From a virus (taxonomy: Duplodnaviria; Caudoviricetes), in IMG/VR virus record IMGVR_UViG_3300027733_001072, positions 1-34,970 of that record: 34,970 nt of DNA; one strand, 5' to 3'. The notes below the pieces were generated by a model that had not been told where the DNA came from, did not search any database, and saw nothing but the letters and a program-made list of their open reading frames with translations. Made by a program: the position numbers and the translations under genes. This document shows positions 21,290-28,763 of this stretch, one piece after another (positions within the stretch are counted from its first letter, which is position 1; the number at the start of each line of letters is the position of its first letter).

Positions 21290-21886
21290 ATGGCACGTTA
21301 TAATACCGTATCAGTCTCAAGTTCGATTTCTGGTGCAACAACTATTTCTTCTCCGGCACAGGGGTTATTTACTGAATTTACCGGAACTGCTCCGTACACT
21401 GTTGTACTGCCAAATCCGACTTTGTTCTACGGAGAAACTCAACGGTTTTATAATGCAACCGCTGGAGTAATTACATTGTCAACACCTTCTGGTGTTGTCG
21501 GTGGAGGGTACGGATCTGGATTAAGTACGCATACGCTTAACACATTGAGTGTAATTGAGTTAGCATCTGACGGAACTAACTACATTGTGATAGGACAAAC
21601 TGGTAGTAAATTAATTGCAACTAACGTAACTATTACTGGAGTAATTAGTGCAAGTACAGGTACTAATAATCAAACGTTTGCTACTACATCGACCGGTGTA
21701 ATTTCAATTTCATCTGGCACTACAGGCGCAATTAATAATATGGCAATTGGCGGAACTACTGCTGTAGCTGGATCGTTTACACAATTAAGTGCATCAACTG
21801 CTCCTACAACTGATAATCATGTACCAAATAAAAGTTATGTAGATGCTACTACAAGATTCTATGCGTTCTTTGTAGGTGCGCATTAA
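21290..21886 (+). CDS. Short tail-fibre/baseplate-like protein
   Basis: 198 aa, Thr/Ser/Gly-rich; YTVVLP.P, SDGTNY, GAINNMAIGGTT..AGSFT and NKSYVD motifs typical of phage fibre proteins. Confidence 0.65.
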   Translation: MARYNTVSVSSSISGATTISSPAQGLFTEFTGTAPYTVVLPNPTLFYGETQRFYNATAGVITLSTPSGVVGGGYGSGLSTHTLNTLSVIELASDGTNYIVIGQTGSKLIATNVTITGVISASTGTNNQTFATTSTGVISISSGTTGAINNMAIGGTTAVAGSFTQLSASTAPTTDNHVPNKSYVDATTRFYAFFVGAH

Positions 21887-21892
21887 TAAAAG

Positions 21893-21900
21893 AATAAATA
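21893..21900 (+). promoter_or_regulatory. Late-promoter-like AATAAATA
   Basis: Intergenic, 28 nt upstream of the ATG at 21929. Confidence 0.5.
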
Positions 21901-21928
21901 ACTACATATATTTAAAATGGAGAATTAA

Positions 21929-22240
21929 ATGGCAACAGGAAGATTAGGTGCAGTAGATTTATCTGCAACCACATATACTGCGTGTTATACCAATGCAACA
22001 ACTAATGCAGTTGTTTCACTTACAATATGCAATCGGACTACTTCGCCAGTTACGATTAGACTTGCGTTATCAACTACGCCAACGAGCCCAACTAACGGTG
22101 AGTTTATCGAATATGGTGCAGTTATTCCAGCAAACGGTGTATTAGAAAGAACAGGGTTAGTACTTTCAGCTAACCAAGCTATCTCAGCATACTCAAGTGC
22201 TGCATCAGTGAGTGTTGTAGTATACGGAATTGAGGCGTAA
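21929..22240 (+). CDS. Small virion structural protein (MATGRLG family, copy 2)
   Basis: 103 aa; paralog of 20957..21277 with a nearly identical SD/start region. Confidence 0.8.
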   Translation: MATGRLGAVDLSATTYTACYTNATTNAVVSLTICNRTTSPVTIRLALSTTPTSPTNGEFIEYGAVIPANGVLERTGLVLSANQAISAYSSAASVSVVVYGIEA

Positions 22241-22242
22241 TT

Positions 22243-22593
22243 ATGGGTAGATTTTTAGGCCAGTCGCAATTTAGGCACGTCGTTGCATCGTCAGAATCGG
22301 TATACGACGTATCTAGTAATACTACGTTATCAGTTAACAGTGTTTATTTTGTAAACACCATAGCTAACACAGTTACACTTACTTTACCAAAATTAGCATT
22401 AGCTGGAGAATTTGTAGATATTTTTGATGTAAACGGCACATTTGGAACATACAATTGTATCGTAAACCCAAGCGGCGATGGCTCAACAGTTGGCGGGTTT
22501 GCAGATAATTTAACGTTAAATTTAGATCGTGCAAACATTCGTTTACAATTTTCATCCGGTTTGAATAACTGGGTCGTAACTCAATTAGTATAA
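22243..22593 (+). CDS. Baseplate/fibre attachment domain protein (T4 gp9/gp10/gp34-N-like)
   Basis: YFVNT...VTLTLP....GE.V.IFDV.GTF..YN..V.P...L.L......L.F.....W pattern. Confidence 0.6.
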   Translation: MGRFLGQSQFRHVVASSESVYDVSSNTTLSVNSVYFVNTIANTVTLTLPKLALAGEFVDIFDVNGTFGTYNCIVNPSGDGSTVGGFADNLTLNLDRANIRLQFSSGLNNWVVTQLV

Positions 22594-22603
22594 GGATTAA
22601 GAA

Positions 22604-23635
22604 ATGACAACAGTTTTAGGATATATTAATACCGGAGCGGCTTCGACAGGGGTTACGCTACCGGCAGGCATGTGGTGTAGACCGCAACACAAACCAACAT
22701 GTTGTATGTTTGTACATGCAGCCAGTAGTTGCTGTATGTGTGTTCCAACAACTGCCACATGTTTCATTATTGAAATGTGGAGTCAAGGCGGTGGTGGTGG
22801 TGGCGGATGCTGCTGTGGGCAGGGAGGAACCCCTGGCGGGCAAGGCGGCTCATACGGATGGGTAGCTTGTACTACCAGCGGAACTAATCATATATTATGT
22901 GCATGTACTTGTGTTTGTGGCACTTGGAATTGCGGATGCTCGCAGTGTACTACATGTTCTGGTAATTACGGACAACTGACAGTAGTGTGTAATTGTACTA
23001 CTCAAAAATTATGGTGTTTGTGTGGCGGCCATGAAGGATGTTGGGGATGTTTTTTTGGATCAACTGGGTGTTGCTGTTTTGGATCGCAATGCTCTAATAC
23101 TTGGCTATACTTTAAGAATTGCTCCGGTTTACTTGCTACTCCAACTACTACATCAGCAGCAACGTTTACACCTAAAAGTTTAAATTTTTGTTCTACTACC
23201 CAAACTTCAATTACACCAGATGCATGTGCTTATACACAGCCTGCATCAACTACTACAGCATGCGTATGCGTACCTAGCTCCCCGGTGGACAAAATGTTTA
23301 ATACGACTACATGTTCGTGCTTTAGTTCTCCTTATGTATGGCTTGGTGCGTGCGGTTGGTCCGATCCAGCCTCATTGTCAACACCGTTTGGCTGTCTTAA
23401 CGGACAACCTCAAACAACAGCCGGTCAAGCGTGCGGCGGCGGAATGGCAGTCGGTGGCGCAGCGTATGCAGGAGGTGATCAAGCATGGCAAAAATGCGTC
23501 TTAGGCACATGTTACAGTTGCTGGGCACAGCACGGTAATTGGCCTGGCGGTGGTGGAATGAGTTCGCAAGGTTACACTGCATGGACACAACCTGGATTTG
23601 GTGCACCTGGGTTAATTTTAATGAGTTGGTGTTAA
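22604..23635 (+). CDS. Cys-rich, glycine-rich adhesin-like (fibre tip) protein 1
   Basis: 343 aa, 43 Cys by manual count. IEMWSQGGGGGGG, GGQGGSY, PGGGG and G.PGLILMSW match the phage glycine-rich-domain pattern; AAGGA SD. Confidence 0.75.
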   Translation: MTTVLGYINTGAASTGVTLPAGMWCRPQHKPTCCMFVHAASSCCMCVPTTATCFIIEMWSQGGGGGGGCCCGQGGTPGGQGGSYGWVACTTSGTNHILCACTCVCGTWNCGCSQCTTCSGNYGQLTVVCNCTTQKLWCLCGGHEGCWGCFFGSTGCCCFGSQCSNTWLYFKNCSGLLATPTTTSAATFTPKSLNFCSTTQTSITPDACAYTQPASTTTACVCVPSSPVDKMFNTTTCSCFSSPYVWLGACGWSDPASLSTPFGCLNGQPQTTAGQACGGGMAVGGAAYAGGDQAWQKCVLGTCYSCWAQHGNWPGGGGMSSQGYTAWTQPGFGAPGLILMSWC

Positions 23636-23644
23636 GGATATTTT

Positions 23645-24616
23645 ATGAGTTTATTAAGTAGTTTATTTACAGTTGCACCGGTTTCGTCTAGATCGTGGTG
23701 TCGTCCAACCCACCGAACTAATTGCGTTGCAATAGTTGGTGGTAATTCATGTTGCGTTTGTGTACCGGCAACTGCTACGTGTTTTGTTATTGAAATATGG
23801 GGTCAAGGCGGGGGCGGAGCAGGGTCATGTTGTTGTATGGCTGCGTGTACCGGCGGCCAGGCTGGCGATTATGGTTGGCTTACGTGTTCTACCAGCGGAA
23901 CAGTTCATACATTGTGTGCGTGTGCATGCACCTGTAACTGCTGTACACCGGCTGCAGGATTGTTTACAGGGTCTCCGGGACAGTGGGCAGCAGTTACTGA
24001 TTGTAGTGTTGCTAACTGTTATCGAGTAGCACCGAGTGCATGTGGCGGATCTACATGCTGCCAAGGTCCAGAGCCTATGAATAGTCCAGGATGTAACCAA
24101 ATGGTGTTTAATCCAGCACATAGTAATTATGCTATACAATGTTGCTGTTTTGGCTTTCATACAAACAATTGGGTATACAGCGCAGATTGTACTACTGAAT
24201 GGGTAACAAACAATCTGTTTAACCCAACTCGGCAAATGCCATTTCAACAAGTTCAAGGAACTTCTGCAGCAGGTGTAACTTGTAATTGCTGTTTATGTTT
24301 TAACTTTTATGTAAGAGGCGGCTGCGGCTGGTCTAATCCAGCAGAATTAACATTTGCGTATACGACAATTGGATGCTGGTATAATGTGCCAATGAACACG
24401 TTTTGCGGTTTTGGCATGGGCCGAGGTGGAAGCGCATATGCCGGAGGTGCAGGACAATTATGTGATTGTGCCGGATATGCATGTATGCAATTTGGCGGTG
24501 TTAACGGCAATGCACCGGGCGGTGGTGGAAGTAGTGCATCAGGTACTGGAGTATCTGGAGGATGCTGCCTTGGTAGCTGCGGCGGGTTAGCAATGATATT
24601 AATTAGTTGGTCGTAA
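23645..24616 (+). CDS. Cys-rich, glycine-rich adhesin-like (fibre tip) protein 2
   Basis: 323 aa, 40 Cys by manual count; paralog of 22604..23635 (WCRP.H, SCC.CVP.TATCF.IE.W.QGGGG, CCC, LCAC.C.C, CGWS.PA, AYAGG, PGGGG, IL.SW). Confidence 0.75.
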   Translation: MSLLSSLFTVAPVSSRSWCRPTHRTNCVAIVGGNSCCVCVPATATCFVIEIWGQGGGGAGSCCCMAACTGGQAGDYGWLTCSTSGTVHTLCACACTCNCCTPAAGLFTGSPGQWAAVTDCSVANCYRVAPSACGGSTCCQGPEPMNSPGCNQMVFNPAHSNYAIQCCCFGFHTNNWVYSADCTTEWVTNNLFNPTRQMPFQQVQGTSAAGVTCNCCLCFNFYVRGGCGWSNPAELTFAYTTIGCWYNVPMNTFCGFGMGRGGSAYAGGAGQLCDCAGYACMQFGGVNGNAPGGGGSSASGTGVSGGCCLGSCGGLAMILISWS

Positions 24617-24648
24617 ATCCAACAAAAAACAGAGTTTAGGAGAAATAT

Positions 24649-25956
24649 ATGAAATTTACATATCAAGCGCCAAAAGAGTATAACGACTTGTCAACTGGAT
24701 TAAGAACTGTTGAAAGCGAATACCTTGGACCTCATGATATTAAAATATATGTTAGTGCAGACACACATAAAATTGAGCATGTAGAATTTGATCACGACGG
24801 ACATCCAGAAGTTCATAACGGTACTGATACCAGTGCAGACGTAGATCACATGTTTTTAGTTTATTTGCATTCACATAACCCAAATCACATTGCGCTAATG
24901 GCAATGATTTGTAATCACGAAGATCACCCTGCAGACAATAAAATTGATATTGTTTGCGAAAAGTATAACATGGTATATCAACATCACGAACCACCGTCGT
25001 TAGATCACACATACGATTATTCGCAAATTACAATTGATAAAAATGGTGTTGTAACATACCCATGGTGGAAACTTAAAGTTACTTGGGAAGATCTTGTTAA
25101 AAACGGAAGATCGCATAGATTACAAATTGCAGAAAGATTGCGTACTGATATTTTAACAGAGGAACAACGTAAGAAAGGCAATTTCTGTCTTGAGATTATT
25201 GATTACGTTATTTTAAACGAAATTAGTAAGGATCAACCATGGAAAATTGCATGGCCTACTATTGATTCAGTATGTTTAGAAAATACATTACGTATCGGTT
25301 TGCCAGATGATATTCCAAACGGATCGAGAGAAATGCTAAGAACTACTGAATGGGGTGTAGTACCACATGAGCATTGTTGTCACATAGACGGTGACGATTG
25401 TGTTTTAGAAAGTGTATGTCCAACAACTGCTGCAGAAGCCGCAGTACTTAGTCCGTGGACAGATTTATGTTGTGATCATCCAACACATTCAACTAATGTT
25501 GCGTTGTGGAATACTATTCGTACACTATTAATTGCTAATGACCCTGATATTCATTTGACAAAAGATGTCATTCTTAAAGAATTTAAAGCATGGCCAGATA
25601 TTAACACTACAACTGAAAAAACCAGTTTAATAGTTGACGCTGCCCACGGTGTATTAAGTAATGATACCACTCCAGACGGGGTTACATTAACAGTAAGTGA
25701 AGTAAATGGTCACCCAGCAGATGTCGGACACGTTGCCAGAGGTACAAACGGTGGAACGTTTATTATTAACAGTGATGGTAGTTATCAATTTACACCAGGT
25801 ACTGCATTTATCTATTTGAATAAAGGTGAAACTGCTACTACTGAAGTTGAATATACTGCATTAGCAAGCACAGGTGAAACTTCAATTGCGAAGTTAACTA
25901 TTATTGTTACTGGAACAGACAATGATCCAGTTATTGGCGTATCATATAACGTTTAA
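24649..25956 (+). CDS. Tail-fibre assembly chaperone-like protein, His-rich, with C-terminal Ig/VCBS-like domain
   Basis: AGGAG SD; lies directly after the fibre-tip genes. TWEDL...R...D...PWKIAWP resembles tail assembly chaperones; C-terminal GVLSND..PDG..LTV..VNG...G.F.INSDGSY.FTP...L..GE.AT....YT...LTI.VTG.DNDPV. Confidence 0.6.
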   Translation: MKFTYQAPKEYNDLSTGLRTVESEYLGPHDIKIYVSADTHKIEHVEFDHDGHPEVHNGTDTSADVDHMFLVYLHSHNPNHIALMAMICNHEDHPADNKIDIVCEKYNMVYQHHEPPSLDHTYDYSQITIDKNGVVTYPWWKLKVTWEDLVKNGRSHRLQIAERLRTDILTEEQRKKGNFCLEIIDYVILNEISKDQPWKIAWPTIDSVCLENTLRIGLPDDIPNGSREMLRTTEWGVVPHEHCCHIDGDDCVLESVCPTTAAEAAVLSPWTDLCCDHPTHSTNVALWNTIRTLLIANDPDIHLTKDVILKEFKAWPDINTTTEKTSLIVDAAHGVLSNDTTPDGVTLTVSEVNGHPADVGHVARGTNGGTFIINSDGSYQFTPGTAFIYLNKGETATTEVEYTALASTGETSIAKLTIIVTGTDNDPVIGVSYNV

Positions 25957-25968
25957 ATAATTCATTAT

Positions 25969-26028
25969 TGCCTCATTTAACTGATTGTATATCATATATA
26001 AAGTATATCAGTTAAACGAGGCATTTTT
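25969..26028 (+). terminator. Long inverted repeat with U-tract (terminator or SD-sequestering hairpin)
   Basis: TGCCTCATTTAACTGAT (25969-25985) pairs with ATCAGTTAAACGAGGCA (26007-26023), 16/17 paired, followed by TTTTT. Confidence 0.65.
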
Positions 26029-26070
26029 ATGAATAACAAATCAAAAACAGAGTATAAGGTGGTACTATGA
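26029..26070 (+). CDS. Possible 13-aa leader ORF MNNKSKTEYKVVL
   Basis: GAGG at 26018-26021, 7 nt before the ATG; its TGA overlaps the ATG of 26067 (ATGA). Confidence 0.25.
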   Translation: MNNKSKTEYKVVL

Positions 26071-26696
26071 ATCTTCGTGCATTATTAGACGATGAAGTTA
26101 ACCTTGAATCTCTACAAACAATACCAAATTTTTCCTCAATGTATACTAAACCAGTAATTGGAATTTCAAGAGATGGTATTATCAATTATCCTAAATCAAC
26201 ACATGTAACAAGACCTGATGAATTTGAAATTATTCCGGGTGCAGCTGAAGCAATTGCCCTTATTCGACAAAAAGGACATCGAATTGTAATCTTATCAAAT
26301 CAATACGGCATTAGCGAAGGTCAATTAACTCAAGCTGAAGTTGATGTAGTTAATCAACGAATGTTAGAAATATTTGGAGAATCAGGTTGTCCAAGTATTG
26401 ATGCAATGTATTATTCAACAAGTAACATGAAAGGTGACATTTATGCATTACCAAATATCGGTATGTTTCAACGTGCAGAAAAGGAACACAATCTTAAATT
26501 TAAAGACGGATGGTTTGTTGGTGATAAAATTAGTGATATTAAAGCTGCTGAAAATATTAAAGCCATACCGGTACTAATTAAAACAGGCGATTGGGAAAAC
26601 ACTTTACAAAAATTAGAATCATTTGCAAATCGTGAGCTACGTAAACGTACACAAATATTTGAAAGTTTAATGGATTTTGCAATTAGTTTAACTTGA
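26067..26696 (+). CDS. GmhB/HisB-N-like HAD IIIA protein with degenerate active site
   Basis: SRDGIIN (canonical DRDGxxN), F..IPGA.EAI, ILSNQ.GI, ALPNIGMF (canonical RKP.PGM), FVGDK.SDIKAA, VLIKTG. Confidence 0.8.
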   Translation: MNLRALLDDEVNLESLQTIPNFSSMYTKPVIGISRDGIINYPKSTHVTRPDEFEIIPGAAEAIALIRQKGHRIVILSNQYGISEGQLTQAEVDVVNQRMLEIFGESGCPSIDAMYYSTSNMKGDIYALPNIGMFQRAEKEHNLKFKDGWFVGDKISDIKAAENIKAIPVLIKTGDWENTLQKLESFANRELRKRTQIFESLMDFAISLT

Positions 26697-26721
26697 CTTT
26701 AAGGTTAATTTTTGTTATACT
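26693..26721 (+). promoter_or_regulatory. Sigma70-type promoter TTGACT-N17-TATACT with extended -10 TG
   Basis: -35 at 26693-26698, TG at 26713-26714, -10 at 26716-26721; 41 nt upstream of the radical SAM start. Confidence 0.7.
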
Positions 26722-26740
26722 ATGTTTTACTATGTTTTAC
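26718..26740 (+). repeat. 10-bp tandem duplication (TACTATGTTT x2 + TAC)
   Basis: Directly visible; spans the -10 element and the predicted +1. Confidence 0.85.
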
Positions 26741-26762
26741 ACATTAACTTATAGGATTTTAA

Positions 26763-27779
26763 ATGTCAATTGAGTGCATAAATTTAGCGTTATCAAACCG
26801 ATGTAACGCAGCGTGTATATGGTGTCCGTCATCACGAGGGACTAAACATAATTTTGATATGCCAGTTCACGTCGTTAAAAAAATAATAGACGAAGCTGCT
26901 GATCCGTCGTTTCCATTTAATATTAACATGATTCATTTAAGTGAAAATGGCGAAGCTCTATATCATTCTGAATTTTTAGAAATTGTACGATATATTAAAC
27001 AAAAACTACCTAATACTGCATTAAATCTATTAACTAATTTTGGGCTAATGACAAGCGAACTTGCAGAATCATTATTGACTGAAAAATTGTTAAGCAGTAT
27101 CCAAGTTAATATTGACGGCCACGATGCTGCTACATATAAATCAGTTAAGAAAATTGGGTATGACGGGGTTATTAAAAATTTAAAAAAATTTATTAACTTA
27201 CGAACACAGCTCGATCCGTTGTTTGATATATCTATTAATGTTATGCCGGCATTTGAGTATGCAATGTCTGTAAACGCCTTTTTAAACACCCCTCCTGTAC
27301 AAATGACAGAAGATATTCCGTTTAGTAGTTACGAACTTACAGTAGAAAGCTTACGAGAATTTGTACCAATTGATATACCAATATTACATTCAAAAGCAGG
27401 ACTATGGGCTGAGAGAAAATTAATAACATCTGGCAAAGCACAAATTAATGTTGATCAATCAACGTTAAACTGTCCGTTACTTGATAGAGTTGAACGAGAA
27501 TGTTTTATTGCACCTAACGGTGATTGGTATCCATGCTGTTACGATGACAATAATGACATTGTATTAGGTAACGTAGTCACATCAACACTATTAGAAATTC
27601 ATAATTCTGAAACCAGACAAACATTTATTAGTCGTCTTAAAGCTCGACAATACGAAGAAATCGGGTATCCGTGTAATACTATCGCGTGTTGCAACAGCAT
27701 CACTATAAAAAACTACAAAGAGTTAACATCACACTATAAACCAGGTGATGTCTTTCCATTAACACAACTTAAAAAATAA
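26763..27779 (+). CDS. Radical SAM enzyme with SPASM/twitch domain
   Basis: CNAACIWC (CxxxCxxC) at 26802-26825; ENGEAL, LTNFGL, NIDGHD..TY; C-terminal C...NGDWYPCCYD...LGNV...PC....CC. Confidence 0.9.
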   Translation: MSIECINLALSNRCNAACIWCPSSRGTKHNFDMPVHVVKKIIDEAADPSFPFNINMIHLSENGEALYHSEFLEIVRYIKQKLPNTALNLLTNFGLMTSELAESLLTEKLLSSIQVNIDGHDAATYKSVKKIGYDGVIKNLKKFINLRTQLDPLFDISINVMPAFEYAMSVNAFLNTPPVQMTEDIPFSSYELTVESLREFVPIDIPILHSKAGLWAERKLITSGKAQINVDQSTLNCPLLDRVERECFIAPNGDWYPCCYDDNNDIVLGNVVTSTLLEIHNSETRQTFISRLKARQYEEIGYPCNTIACCNSITIKNYKELTSHYKPGDVFPLTQLKK

Positions 27780-27789
27780 AAGAGGTTAT

Positions 27790-28752
27790 ATGACACAACG
27801 AGCAAAAGCATTTTTTATTAATGGCGGTGCAGGACGAGTTATCTGCGCAGTGCCAGCATTAGAAAAATATGCAGAAGATCATCCAGACGAAAAATTTATT
27901 ATCGTGTGCGAAGGCGGTACTGATTTTTTTAAAGCGCATCCTAAACTACATAGTAAGGTATATGACAATTGGCACAAAAACCTATTTCATGAAAAATTAG
28001 TAGACATGGAGTTAGTTACTCCTGAACCATATAGAGTTTGGGAATACTTTAATCAAAAATGCTCGTTAAGTCAAGCATTTGATATTGAAATTAATAACGC
28101 AGGTATAAGAGAGTTACCGCGTCCTACATTAAAACTAACACAAGATGAAATTTCAAATGGCAAACTTGGAATTAAAGATGTATTAGTTAAAAGCGGTAAA
28201 AAACGATCAATAGTATTCCAACCATTTGGCCGCGGTGTTAACATGAAAGGTGACATTATCACTGATCCATCAGGCAGAAGTTTTGAAATTGGAAACGTAA
28301 TTAATATTATTAATAAATTACAAAAGGATTTTGCTGTAATTGTTATGACTGAATTACCTTTAAATTTTCAATCTTTAGGGTGTAAAGAGCCAGTATCGAT
28401 TCCAACAAACATTACTCTTAGACAGTGGGCAGGTCTTATTAAAGCATCTGATATGCTTTTATCATGTGACAGTGTAGCACAACATATTGCGTATGCATTA
28501 GGTAAACCAACTGTTGCAGTGATGGGTTCAACTTTTCCAATTAACGTGTCGTATCCAGAATGTGAAAATTTTAAAATTTTAGATATGGGGGAAGGTGTAA
28601 GAATTTATAGTCCAATTCGCATCACACAAGACGAATACGCCGACATGAATAATGACGGGATTATGGCAATGAATAATAAAATTGAAGCTGTAATTGTTGA
28701 CGCAGTTAACGACGTGTATGATAAGTTTGTAAAAACTAAAGTAGAAAAATAA
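27790..28752 (+). CDS. GT9-like (heptosyltransferase-like, GT-B) glycosyltransferase
   Basis: NGGAGRVICAVPAL N-terminal loop, IVFQPFG, and LRQWAGLI..SD.LLSCDSVAQHIAYALGKPTVAVMGST (GT9 DS...H.A.AL..P.V...G.T signature). Confidence 0.8.
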   Translation: MTQRAKAFFINGGAGRVICAVPALEKYAEDHPDEKFIIVCEGGTDFFKAHPKLHSKVYDNWHKNLFHEKLVDMELVTPEPYRVWEYFNQKCSLSQAFDIEINNAGIRELPRPTLKLTQDEISNGKLGIKDVLVKSGKKRSIVFQPFGRGVNMKGDIITDPSGRSFEIGNVINIINKLQKDFAVIVMTELPLNFQSLGCKEPVSIPTNITLRQWAGLIKASDMLLSCDSVAQHIAYALGKPTVAVMGSTFPINVSYPECENFKILDMGEGVRIYSPIRITQDEYADMNNDGIMAMNNKIEAVIVDAVNDVYDKFVKTKVEK

Positions 28753-28763
28753 CAGGATATAAT

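Noticed and set aside
26029-26070. Mini-ORF as a RiPP precursor for the radical SAM enzyme
   Set aside because: Only 13 aa, no Cys or recognisable core motif, and the rSAM has no N-terminal room for an RRE domain.
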